From positions 2,310,001-2,342,000 of the forward strand of contig NZ_CP017260.1 in the NCBI RefSeq assembly GCF_001735745.1: a stretch of 32,000 nt of DNA. Direction: 5' to 3'. The notes below the pieces were generated by a model. It ran no database searches. It was given only the letters and a program-made list of their open reading frames with translations, and was not told the DNA's origin. The translations under genes were made by a program, and so were the position numbers. This DNA comes from Formosa sp. Hel1_33_131. GTDB taxonomy: Bacteria; Bacteroidota; Bacteroidia; Flavobacteriales; Flavobacteriaceae. Positions 10,981-21,177 of this stretch are shown in pieces; the first letter of the stretch is position 1, and every line of letters starts with the position of its first letter.

Positions 10981-12273
10981 ATGAATTTTTTGCCAAATAT
11001 CATTTTTGCAATTATACTTGTTTTAGGTATTGGTTTTTTTGCTCGAAACATAAGCAAACTAAAACGCAATATCTTCCTTGGAAAAGATGTAGATGTGAAT
11101 GGCGATTCCAAAATTCGTTGGAAAAACATGGCACGAATCGCACTCGGACAAAGTAAAATGGTGCGCCGTCCAATTGCTGGAATTCTTCACATTGTTGTTT
11201 ATGTTGGTTTTGTTGTTATAAACATTGAAGTTTTAGAAATCATTATTGATGGTTTGTTTGGAACCCATCGAATTTTATCAGGAATTGGAAGTTTGTATGG
11301 CGTATTGATCGGGACTTTTGAAATTCTAGCAACATTGGTATTTGTAGCCGTCGTGATCTTTTGGTTTCGAAGAAATGTCGTGAAAATAAAACGCTTCCTG
11401 AGCTCCGAAATGAAAGGCTGGCCGAAGCTGGATGGAAACTTAATTCTCTATTTCGAGATTGTTTTGATGGGATTGTTTATCCTCATGAATGCGACGGATG
11501 TAGAATTTCAATCCATGAATTCCGGGAACGTGATCAGTCAATTTTTCGCCCCGATGTTTGAAGGGTATAATGTTGATTTAATTGAGCGCGTGGCTTGGTG
11601 GATGCACATTATTGGAATTTTGGTGTTCTTAAATTATTTATATTATTCTAAACATTTACACATCTTATTAGCCTTTCCAAACACCTATTTTGGCAGCGTA
11701 AAACCCAAAGGTCAATTTAACAATTTAGAAGCCGTTACTAACGAGGTGAAGTTAATGATGGATCCAAACATCGATCCTTTTGCAGCGACTGACGATGATG
11801 GTTCTGTTCCCGATAAATTTGGGGCTAGTGATGTTCAAGATTTAAATAAGATACAACTTTTAAATGCCTATACCTGTACAGAATGCGGACGTTGCACAAG
11901 TGAATGTCCCGCCAATCAAACAGGGAAAAAATTATCTCCCCGAAAAATAATGATGGATACACGGGATCGTTTGGTAGAAGTAGGCATTAATATAGACGCG
12001 AATAAAGGGGAATTTGTACCAGACGGAAAACAGCTTTTAGGTGATTATATTACCAATGAAGAATTGTGGGCCTGTACCAGCTGTAATGCTTGTGTAGAAG
12101 CCTGCCCCATAAGTATCGACCCCCTTTCAATTATTCTTGAAATGCGTCGCTATTTGGTCATGGAACAAAGTGCTGCTCCGATGGAGTTAAACACCATGAT
12201 GTCTAATATAGAAAACAATGGTGCCCCTTGGCCTTACAACCAAATGGACCGATTAAACTGGAAAAACGAATAA
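10981..12273 (+). CDS. Membrane-anchored (Fe-S)-binding protein: a multi-TM His-containing domain fused to a 2x[4Fe-4S] ferredoxin domain (DsrM/NarI-like plus HdrC/DsrK-N-like)
   Basis: 430 aa. About five hydrophobic helices carry conserved-looking His residues (ILHIVVY, WWMHIIG, KHLHILL). Two CxxCxxCxxxCP motifs follow (CTECGRCTSECP, CTSCNACVEACP). Confidence 0.75.
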   Translation: MNFLPNIIFAIILVLGIGFFARNISKLKRNIFLGKDVDVNGDSKIRWKNMARIALGQSKMVRRPIAGILHIVVYVGFVVINIEVLEIIIDGLFGTHRILSGIGSLYGVLIGTFEILATLVFVAVVIFWFRRNVVKIKRFLSSEMKGWPKLDGNLILYFEIVLMGLFILMNATDVEFQSMNSGNVISQFFAPMFEGYNVDLIERVAWWMHIIGILVFLNYLYYSKHLHILLAFPNTYFGSVKPKGQFNNLEAVTNEVKLMMDPNIDPFAATDDDGSVPDKFGASDVQDLNKIQLLNAYTCTECGRCTSECPANQTGKKLSPRKIMMDTRDRLVEVGINIDANKGEFVPDGKQLLGDYITNEELWACTSCNACVEACPISIDPLSIILEMRRYLVMEQSAAPMELNTMMSNIENNGAPWPYNQMDRLNWKNE

Positions 12274-12295
12274 AAAATATCAATAAAATAAACAC

Positions 12296-12742
12296 ATGAA
12301 AAGAGAAGAGGCAGACAAATTATTACACGAAAAAGTAGAAGCTGGTGAATTGATAAGCCCAGTACTTCCAGGAGGTGTAAAAAATTATTTAATAGACATT
12401 GACGGAACCATCACTGAAGATGTTCCCAATGAAGAACCAGAACGTATGGCAACTTGCTTGCCTTTTTTGGATGCTTTAAAGACGTGTAATGGTTGGTATG
12501 AAGAAGGGCATATGATTTGCTTTTTCACATCTCGAACGGAATCGCACAGAGAAGTCACTCAAAACTGGTTGAAGCAACACGGCTTCAATTACCACAGCCT
12601 TTTAATGGGCAAACCAAGAGGAGGAAATTACCATTGGATTGATAACCACTTAGTGAAAGCAACACGCTATAATGGTAAATTCACTGATTTAGTAGAAAAA
12701 GAAGTAACGATCGAAGTTTTTGACGATGGTCAACATGATTAA
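12296..12742 (+). CDS. Small HAD-superfamily phosphatase-like protein
   Basis: 148 aa. HAD motif I is DIDGTITED. Motif II is a Thr/Ser in FFTSR. A Lys (GKPRGG) and an acidic IDN stretch lie near the C-terminus. The gene sits between the two Fe-S genes with 22-nt and 10-nt spacers. Confidence 0.55.
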   Translation: MKREEADKLLHEKVEAGELISPVLPGGVKNYLIDIDGTITEDVPNEEPERMATCLPFLDALKTCNGWYEEGHMICFFTSRTESHREVTQNWLKQHGFNYHSLLMGKPRGGNYHWIDNHLVKATRYNGKFTDLVEKEVTIEVFDDGQHD

Positions 12743-12752
12743 TATTTAGAAA

Positions 12753-13541
12753 ATGAGCGATGTATTAAAAGTTCCTACAATGGCCGAATTTACGGCCCAA
12801 GGCAAACAACCTGAAGTTTTATTTTGGGTGGGTTGTGCAGGTAGTTTTGACGACCGTGCCAAAAAAATAACCAAAGCTTTTGTGAAATTATTACACAAGG
12901 CAGAGGTTGAATTTGCGGTATTAGGAACTGAAGAAAGCTGTACAGGCGACCCTGCCAAACGTGCTGGGAACGAATTTTTATTTCAAATGCAAGCAGTGAC
13001 CAATATCGAAGTATTGAATGCTTACGAGATTAAAAAAATTGTAACTGCTTGTCCTCATTGTTTTAATACACTCAAAAATGAATACCCTTCTTTGGGAGGC
13101 GATTATCAAGTGATGCATCACACTCAATTTCTCAAAAGCTTGTTAGATGAAGGCCGTTTGACGATTGAAGGTGGCAAGTTTAAAGGCAAACGCATTACAT
13201 TCCATGACCCCTGTTATTTAGGTCGTGGAAATGATGTGTATGAAGCCCCTCGTGACTTGATTAAAAAGTTAGATGCCGAACTTGTTGAAATGAAAAACTG
13301 TCGCAAAAAAGGACTGTGTTGTGGTGCTGGAGGTGCTCAGATGTTTAAAGATGCTGAACCAGGAGACAAAGAGGTTAACATCGAACGAACAGAACAGGCT
13401 ATGGAAGTCAAACCCGATATCATCGCGGCTGGCTGTCCGTTTTGTAATACGATGATGACGGATGGTGTTAAGAACAAAGTGGAAGGTCAGATAGAAGTCA
13501 TGGATGTGGCTGAACTGATTGCAAACGCTCAAGATTTATAA
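12753..13541 (+). CDS. (Fe-S)-binding protein with two CCG cysteine-rich domains (HdrB/HdrD-C/GlpC-like)
   Basis: 262 aa. Cys patterns WVGCAGS, CPHCFNTL, DPCYLGR, LCCGAGG and CPFCNTMM are typical of tandem CCG (DUF224) domains. Confidence 0.8.
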   Translation: MSDVLKVPTMAEFTAQGKQPEVLFWVGCAGSFDDRAKKITKAFVKLLHKAEVEFAVLGTEESCTGDPAKRAGNEFLFQMQAVTNIEVLNAYEIKKIVTACPHCFNTLKNEYPSLGGDYQVMHHTQFLKSLLDEGRLTIEGGKFKGKRITFHDPCYLGRGNDVYEAPRDLIKKLDAELVEMKNCRKKGLCCGAGGAQMFKDAEPGDKEVNIERTEQAMEVKPDIIAAGCPFCNTMMTDGVKNKVEGQIEVMDVAELIANAQDL

Positions 13542-13562
13542 AATAAAATATTCCTAAAAACA

Positions 13563-14045
13563 ATGCTTGTTAATTTTGATACCCTTCCTGAAACCGCTCG
13601 TATTTGGATCTACCAATGCAACCGCTCTTTCTCTGATGCTGAATTAGAAGAAATTTCTGAAAAATTAACCACTTTTTTAGAAGGTTGGACGGCGCATGGC
13701 GCCGACTTGCAATCGGGGTTTGAGATCAAATACAAACGTTTTATTGTGATTGCTTTAGATCAAGAAATGAATGCCGCAACCGGTTGTTCTATAGATGCCT
13801 CTGTGAAGTTTATTCAAGAACTTGAAACAGCGTATAAGGTTGATTTGATGGATAAGATGAATGTTTCCTACAAGCAAGGCGAGTACGTGGCTTATAAAAC
13901 GCTGACCGATTTTAAAAAGATGGCGAAAGATAAAGCGGTTTCTAAAAACACAATTGTATTTAATAACCTAGTAAATTCTAAGGCAGAATACTTAGAGTTT
14001 TGGGAAGTCCCTGCTTCTGAAAGCTGGCACAGTCGGTTTGTTTAA
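13563..14045 (+). CDS. Conserved hypothetical protein of unknown function
   Basis: 160-aa ORF with a clean start 21 nt after the preceding stop. It is the last gene of the plus-strand block. I recognise no catalytic motif. Confidence 0.55.
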   Translation: MLVNFDTLPETARIWIYQCNRSFSDAELEEISEKLTTFLEGWTAHGADLQSGFEIKYKRFIVIALDQEMNAATGCSIDASVKFIQELETAYKVDLMDKMNVSYKQGEYVAYKTLTDFKKMAKDKAVSKNTIVFNNLVNSKAEYLEFWEVPASESWHSRFV

Positions 14046-14047
14046 AA

Positions 14048-14602
14048 TTATTCAGTAGCCTCAAAGGGCAATTCATCTGGATTTTGATAATGCGCTAGTT
14101 CTAACTCCAATAAACTCTTTTTAACAGGGAGTCCACCCGCATAGCCCACTAATTTATTATTGGATCCAATCACTCTATGACAGGGAATTATAAGCGCGAG
14201 TGCATTGGCACCATTGGCAGTGGCCACAGCTCTTACGGATTTTTTATTTCCAATTTGTTTCGCTAATTCTAAATAGGATTTTGTGGTCCCATAAGGGATT
14301 GTTTGTAAAGCGTTCCAAACGCTGAACTGAAAGGGAGTTCCTACCATTTTAATTGGCAACGTAAATTCGTCTCGCGTTCCATTTAAGTAGGCTTTAACTT
14401 GTAACCTTGCAGCTCTCAAAAGAGGTGTTTCTTTCTCAAGATATACTGCGTTTAAGCCTGTTTGTATTCGCTTGTCAATACGCGTTCGCATTTTTCGGTA
14501 TCGGAAATCTAATATACAGATCTGATTTTCAAAACATCCAATGATCAACTCTCCAATAGTTGTTTTGTAGTATTTTATAAAAATGATGTTTTTTGGAGCC
14601 AT
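14048..14602 (-). CDS. ogt: Methylated-DNA--protein-cysteine methyltransferase
   Basis: 184 aa. Contains the active-site motif IPCHRVIG and the preceding TPFQFSVWNAL...IPYGTTKSY helix-turn-helix region. Confidence 0.9.
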   Translation of the reverse strand: MAPKNIIFIKYYKTTIGELIIGCFENQICILDFRYRKMRTRIDKRIQTGLNAVYLEKETPLLRAARLQVKAYLNGTRDEFTLPIKMVGTPFQFSVWNALQTIPYGTTKSYLELAKQIGNKKSVRAVATANGANALALIIPCHRVIGSNNKLVGYAGGLPVKKSLLELELAHYQNPDELPFEATE

Positions 14603-14609
14603 AGTTTAG

Positions 14610-15302
14610 TTAGTTAATAGAAAATCGTACCATCACTTCACTTTCAATTTTAATATCCGAAAACTCGATATCAATAGGGGCTTCTAATTTCATGTCAACA
14701 GCATACGCCATCCTCATTTGTCCATTTCTTGGGTTGTAAGAGTTAGTGTAATACTTATCTGAGATAAAAATTGCTTTTCCAAGCTGCTGTTCTAGGGGCG
14801 TGATCAATGCATTGGCTTGTGCCTTCGCTTTTAGTATTGCTTTTGAGCGTAAAATTAGTTTTAAGGCTTCGGTTTTTGAGTATTCTGTTTTGGTTAAGCG
14901 CACATTAGAAATGCCTTGTGCTTCTAAATGGATTAAGACCTGACTCGCTGTGAGTCCATCATAGACGACCAATTCATACGCTTTTGATTTGAGAACACTT
15001 TTCTTTTTTAAAAAGTATTTTTTATAGTTACTGGCGAGGTCTTCAATTTTTAATTGTTTTTTTAAATCGATGTTTAAGTTCTCTAAAACGTCAGCGAGCA
15101 GTTGCTCTTGAGATTCAACAGATGTTTTGTTGCGGTCTTCTTTTTCTTGAATTAAAATAGACAAATAAATACGATCAGGCTTTACCAATGAATCAACTTT
15201 AGCGGTTGTTTCTAAATAGGGTTGATCAATAAAATTTTTAGCTTGAGAGAATCCAACTAAAGTTGTAGCGACAAAGAATGCTACTGTAAGGTAATGTTTC
15301 AT
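14610..15302 (-). CDS. SIMPL (DUF541) domain periplasmic protein
   Basis: 230 aa with a signal peptide. Size and sequence pattern fit SIMPL/YggE-like proteins. It ends 7 nt upstream of ogt, so the two are probably co-transcribed. Confidence 0.6.
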   Translation of the reverse strand: MKHYLTVAFFVATTLVGFSQAKNFIDQPYLETTAKVDSLVKPDRIYLSILIQEKEDRNKTSVESQEQLLADVLENLNIDLKKQLKIEDLASNYKKYFLKKKSVLKSKAYELVVYDGLTASQVLIHLEAQGISNVRLTKTEYSKTEALKLILRSKAILKAKAQANALITPLEQQLGKAIFISDKYYTNSYNPRNGQMRMAYAVDMKLEAPIDIEFSDIKIESEVMVRFSIN

Positions 15303-15457
15303 TTCTTTGTTTTTTATTTTATGACTTCATTTAGTTAAATAGTTATAATTAGTTATAATAATAGCATCCCTCAAACAAAGGACATACCCAAAACAACCCT
15401 AACTAAAGGGGTCTTGGTTTACAGTAATAAAGTAAACTACTCTTGGTTTTATTGGTT

Positions 15458-15520
15458 TGAAGAATCAGATTTGGGGTCTAAGTCTCGCGTAAATTTAAGA
15501 AAATAAATGGGACTGCCAAA
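15458..15520 (-). promoter_or_regulatory. Promoter-leader cassette copy 1
   Basis: On the minus strand, TTTG (15520-15517) is followed by 19 nt and then TAAATTTA (15497-15490). Seven nt later comes the conserved leader GAGACTTAGACCCCAAATCTGATTCTTCA (15486-15458). It lies about 155 nt upstream of the SIMPL start. Homologous copies are at 17199-17262, 23411-23514 and 26704-26808. Confidence 0.55.
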
Positions 15521-15602
15521 AAATTTTAACACGAACGCGCTAGAATTTAACAAATTTGGGGGTGTTTTTCTTTTTACACAGGAGCCTCTCTGTTGTAATA
15601 TA

Positions 15603-16154
15603 TCACAATAGAATCCATCCCAAGTTAAAATTCAAGTACGGTTGAACTTTACCTCCTATCGGTTTGGAATAGCTATACACAATTCCAACTTCAAAACCAA
15701 AGTTTAGTTTTTTGATGTAGGTTCTTTGAAAACCATAAACCCCTCCAGTTTGAAATAAATCATTTACAACATTTATATTATTCTCAATAATAATTGCATT
15801 TGAACTGTTATAGGATGCTATTATTCCATAAAAATTAGCGGAATTATTAAATGTATTTTTTCCTTTTTCGAGTCTTCTTTCATAATTATAGTACTGTCGG
15901 AATGAAATTTCCGCTAAAGGGAAAAGGCCAATGTGACTTTTATTTGTTTTTATATTTGTTATGCTTCCAAGTTCAGTACCAATTTGTAAACTAAGAGTTG
16001 CATATTCTGAAATTCCGAATTCATAGTCTATATTAGGTGCAGGCAACAGATTTACTTTAAGCTGGTGTTTTTTGACTCCTTCTGAATTGTTTTGAGCGTT
16101 CAGCATAGATAAAGATAAAAGTAAAGCAAGTAGGAAGCTTAGATTTTTTTTCAT
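15603..16154 (-). CDS. Hypothetical secreted protein, possibly a small outer-membrane beta-barrel
   Basis: 183 aa with a signal peptide (LLALLLSLSMLNAQ). Alternating hydrophobic/polar beta-like segments are rich in Tyr, Gly and Asn. No specific family recognised. Confidence 0.5.
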   Translation of the reverse strand: MKKNLSFLLALLLSLSMLNAQNNSEGVKKHQLKVNLLPAPNIDYEFGISEYATLSLQIGTELGSITNIKTNKSHIGLFPLAEISFRQYYNYERRLEKGKNTFNNSANFYGIIASYNSSNAIIIENNINVVNDLFQTGGVYGFQRTYIKKLNFGFEVGIVYSYSKPIGGKVQPYLNFNLGWILL

Positions 16155-16231
16155 TTTTAAATTGTGTTTCAGTCAAATACGTTAAAATATTTATGTATGC
16201 AAAATAGGGGAATTAGTAGTTTTAACAACCC

Positions 16232-16951
16232 CTATTTCCCCTCCAACGCATTCTGAATGGAATTAGAAATTTGATGTCCAATTTCAGGAAAGCCTCCACT
16301 TACGTGGTCATAAAAATTACCATTTTTGTCAATGACTATGTTTGTTGGGTATGATGAGGTGTTAAATAAAGTACAGATTTCTTTTGCATCTGAAACAACA
16401 GGATATTGTAGTGGGTATTTTTCTAAAAAAGTAACGACTTTTTCTTTTTCATCAAAGGTAATGGATGCAAAAACAACTTCGGTATTGTTTTTATATGTTT
16501 TATAGACTTCATTTAATTCTGGAATCTCTGCAATACAGGGTTTACAGCTCACAAACCAAAAATTCAAAACCACTACTTTTCCTTTGGTGGTTTCAGAAGA
16601 AATTTCATTTCCATTTAGGTCTGTCATTTTAAAATTAGGTGCGGGTTTTCCAATGATATCGGTACTATTGGGTAGCATCGATGTTAGTCCCATCTCCTTT
16701 CTTTCTTCTTCAGTTGCTTTTCGCATTTGCATGTACAACAATTTTCCGTCTTTGTCTTTTACAGGATCCATGGACCACTCAGCTGAGTCCAACAGCTCCA
16801 TTAATTTGAGTACGTCAATTTTATTTCCTGCTTCATCTTTAATGAGTGTGTTCTCATCAATTGTAATAGGGTCATCTGTGGGTTCTTGTGAATATCCATT
16901 GTGATTCAAAAATAGTAACAAGGTAAGTGCGATAATAAGTGATCGTTTCAT
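16232..16951 (-). CDS. TlpA/redoxin-family thiol:disulfide oxidoreductase with an N-terminal extension
   Basis: 239 aa with a signal peptide. The thioredoxin-fold motif is VVVLNFWFVSCKPCIAEIPEL (CxxC = CKPC), with a downstream YPTNIVIDKNG. Confidence 0.8.
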   Translation of the reverse strand: MKRSLIIALTLLLFLNHNGYSQEPTDDPITIDENTLIKDEAGNKIDVLKLMELLDSAEWSMDPVKDKDGKLLYMQMRKATEEERKEMGLTSMLPNSTDIIGKPAPNFKMTDLNGNEISSETTKGKVVVLNFWFVSCKPCIAEIPELNEVYKTYKNNTEVVFASITFDEKEKVVTFLEKYPLQYPVVSDAKEICTLFNTSSYPTNIVIDKNGNFYDHVSGGFPEIGHQISNSIQNALEGK

Positions 16952-16976
16952 ATGATTGTATTTATTGTTTTTTAGT

Positions 16977-17012
16977 GGTCACACTTCGACTGCGCTCAGT
17001 GCAAGTATGGTA
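16977..17012. repeat. Short REP-like hairpin fragment
   Basis: ACTT-CG-ACTG-CGCT-CAGT-GC-AAGT (16983-17006) folds as 4+4 bp with a 2x2 internal mismatch. The tcgactgcgctcag core resembles hairpin repeats common in Bacteroidota intergenic DNA. It lies inside the long leader of the TlpA-like gene. Confidence 0.35.
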
Positions 17013-17198
17013 CATCCATTTTATCATTTTCTTGGGTATCAAGATTTAGATATGGATGGTTCATAGCTATTTTTTTAAAATGAATTAAAATCAACGGCAG
17101 CATTAAGTCCATCCTAATAGCTGCTAATTATAGAACCCTTAAATTAAATACTTATCAAACGAAGCTATATTTACAGTTACTTTTAAATATACAGTTTG

Positions 17199-17262
17199 TG
17201 AAGAATTAGATTTGGGGTCTAAGTCTGGCATAAATGTAAGAAAATAAATACATGCAGCCAAA
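17199..17262 (-). promoter_or_regulatory. Promoter-leader cassette copy 2
   Basis: On the minus strand, TTTG (17262-17259) is followed by 20 nt and then TACATTTA (17238-17231). Then comes the leader CAGACTTAGACCCCAAATCTAATTCTTCA (17227-17199). It lies about 250 nt upstream of the TlpA-like start. Confidence 0.55.
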
Positions 17263-17337
17263 TGAATTTAAATGCTAACACATTCATCGTCATTGGTTAT
17301 GATCAGAAACCTTGGTTTTTAATCTGCTTACTAAAAT

Positions 17338-17820
17338 TTAACAACAATTACTACTTGGAGTACAGCAAGGCTCCTCATTCAAATCGGATAATCTTACGTT
17401 TTGTTTTCCTTCCGGAACCCCACATTGGTCTTGTGCCAAGCAATTGGTTTGTTTTGAGGTGAGTAAAAAGTTTTTGCCATCAAAATCCAGTCCAAATTTC
17501 CCAATGGTTTCCGACCCTTCGATCTGTGATTGGTATTCGACCTCAATTTCTAAATTGTCTATTTTTAAAATTTTTTCAGAAAGTTCTATGATGTTTAGGA
17601 GTTTTTCGGGGTGCAGCCTGTGATCGTAATCGTTTGCATTCCAAAGTTGAAAGTTGGCGACTTCCTCATTGCGTACAACGCCTCCACAATCAATAAAGTG
17701 TTTGGTGATTTTTCCCACTTCTGTGACATGAAAGTGATTAGGAACCAATGTACCATTCGCCAATTGAAATCCGATTTTATCTAATTTTTTTAAAACTAAT
17801 TTAACTTCTGATAATTTCAT
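17338..17820 (-). CDS. DUF6428-family protein with a Cys-rich C-terminal tail
   Basis: 160 aa. The GTLVPNHFHVTEVGKITKHFIDCGG...FQLWNANDYDHRLHPEKL...IEVEYQ pattern is one I recognise as DUF6428. The tail is TNCLAQDQCGVP...EPCCTPSSNCC. Confidence 0.65.
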   Translation of the reverse strand: MKLSEVKLVLKKLDKIGFQLANGTLVPNHFHVTEVGKITKHFIDCGGVVRNEEVANFQLWNANDYDHRLHPEKLLNIIELSEKILKIDNLEIEVEYQSQIEGSETIGKFGLDFDGKNFLLTSKQTNCLAQDQCGVPEGKQNVRLSDLNEEPCCTPSSNCC

Positions 17821-17861
17821 AGAAATGTTTTTTTGGGTTACACGATTACTGTTATGAACTT

Positions 17862-17892
17862 TAAAAATACCTAAAACAGATTAAAAACCAAA
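17862..17892 (-). promoter_or_regulatory. Candidate promoter for the DUF6428 gene
   Basis: On the minus strand, TTTG (17892-17889) is followed by 19 nt and then TATTTTTA (17869-17862). It lies about 40 nt upstream of the ATG at 17820. Confidence 0.35.
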
Positions 17893-17916
17893 CAAAAAAA
17901 GGAACTAAAATCCTTT
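17893..17916 (-). terminator. Candidate rho-independent terminator after katG
   Basis: On the minus strand, AAAGGA-TTTTAGT-TCCTTT is followed by TTTTTG. The stem is only 6 bp and AT-rich, so this is weak. Confidence 0.35.
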
Positions 17917-18005
17917 GATTCTGTTTTACCCGAATGGACCTTCCTAAAACGAAATATAATTTAACTTTTCAGGAAGGAGTTTTCAGGTTTATAATATTGA
18001 TAAAT

Positions 18006-20260
<2,255 letters not shown>

Positions 20261-20311
20261 GCATTATAGATATTGTCAATGCTTCAATAAGTGTTTTGTT
20301 TTTGGTTATAA

Positions 20312-20788
20312 TTATTTTTTAATGCATACGGTTTGAAATTGTTCACAGATAAGGAGCATATCTTCTTTGGGATGTTCTCCTTTTTCACTCATTTCACGGG
20401 TGTAATAGTCCCAATGGACTTTGTTCCAATACGCTAAAGATTTGTCGCCTTCTCCTTCAATTTCAGCATATTCAGGGGTGATTTTATTAAAAGGCGTTTT
20501 TTCAATTTTCAGCACTTGAATGATGGCTTTCGCTATTCCTTCCCAATCGGTTACAATATAGAGGTCTCCAATTTTGGGCAGGGGATGCTTATTCGTTTCA
20601 AACCACCACATTGAAGTAGTCGTAGCTCGTTTTACACCCTCCACAACCCATTGTAAACATTCATTGGCATCTTTTTCATTATCACAGAAATGGTAAGATT
20701 CAGGAATGGGGGTGTTCTTAAATTTAGGGTTGCTAAGAATATAATAGTTCCATAGTTCGGATACTGAAGGGTGTAGTTTTTTGGTCAT
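20312..20788 (-). CDS. ASCH domain-containing protein
   Basis: 158 aa. The layout (FCDNEKDANECLQWVVEGVKRATTT...GDLYIVTDWEG.AKAII.V......F..IT.EYAEIEGEGD.SL.YW...H..YY) matches ASCH-family proteins as I recall them. Confidence 0.7.
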   Translation of the reverse strand: MTKKLHPSVSELWNYYILSNPKFKNTPIPESYHFCDNEKDANECLQWVVEGVKRATTTSMWWFETNKHPLPKIGDLYIVTDWEGIAKAIIQVLKIEKTPFNKITPEYAEIEGEGDKSLAYWNKVHWDYYTREMSEKGEHPKEDMLLICEQFQTVCIKK

Positions 20789-20845
20789 TTTTTAATAATT
20801 CATAATAATGTTACCAATTCAATAATAGGCTTTCTTAAACTAAGA

Positions 20846-20975
20846 AGTCTGTCATTCTGAATTTATTTCAGAATCTCAAAGTATTAAAATCATTAATTTT
20901 GAGAAGGTGAAACGAGCTTGTCTACCGACAGGCAGGTTCAGCTTGACAAGAAAAAAAATAGATAACCTCCTTTTA
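20846..20975. repeat. REP/MITE-like nested-hairpin element related to 4618-4748
   Basis: It shares TCTGTCATTCTGAA (20848-20861) and TTTATTTCAGAATCT (20862-20876) with 4647-4660 and 4681-4695. The 20-nt module at 20922-20941 is the reverse complement (19/20) of 4656-4675. The right end TAGATAACCTCC resembles TAGACATCCTC at 4730-4740. Confidence 0.6.
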
Positions 20976-21177
20976 GATAAATTTGAGGATTGATGACTGT
21001 TTTATGATTAGTGAGACATTGTCACACTTTTTGTTATTCTATAATCAAACCTTGAATTTGAACAATTTGTGCAATCACTAGTTCTGAATAGGTTTAATAC
21101 ATTAAAGTGAAAGAAATAGTTAGTGTTTTAATGAGTGTCATTTTTATTGATTTTGAATAGAGTTTTAAAGGGCATTC

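Noticed and set aside
15408-15420. A second GGGGTCT heptamer (AAAGGGGTCTTGG) about 55 nt from the copy-1 core, considered as a tandem half-site
   Set aside because: It is present only in copy 1, and the flanks do not align with the core. A single 7-mer recurrence is insufficient evidence.
15466-15486. The cassette core CAGATTTGGGGTCTAAGTCTC/G as a conserved RNA stem-loop (7-bp stem, 7-nt loop)
   Set aside because: In the gene-sense (minus) RNA the stem has a central C·A mismatch. Copy 4 replaces one arm without compensation, and copy 1 ends in C rather than G. I saw no covariation, so I report it only as a possible DNA or sequence-specific site.
16996-17064. A 22-codon minus-strand mini-ORF (MNHPYLNLDTQENDKMDVPYLH) inside the long leader of the TlpA-like gene, considered as a possible leader peptide
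   Set aside because: The other three cassette leaders have no equivalent ORF. It overlaps the REP-like hairpin, and nothing suggests translation signals. It is most likely a chance ORF.
20262-20311. PerR-box-like (TTATAATTATTTT) and OxyR-like (ATTG-N7-CTAT) strings upstream of katG
   Set aside because: These are only half-site or one-tetrad matches in very AT-rich DNA. They lie 60-110 nt upstream and partly abut the ASCH stop codon. They are indistinguishable from chance by eye.
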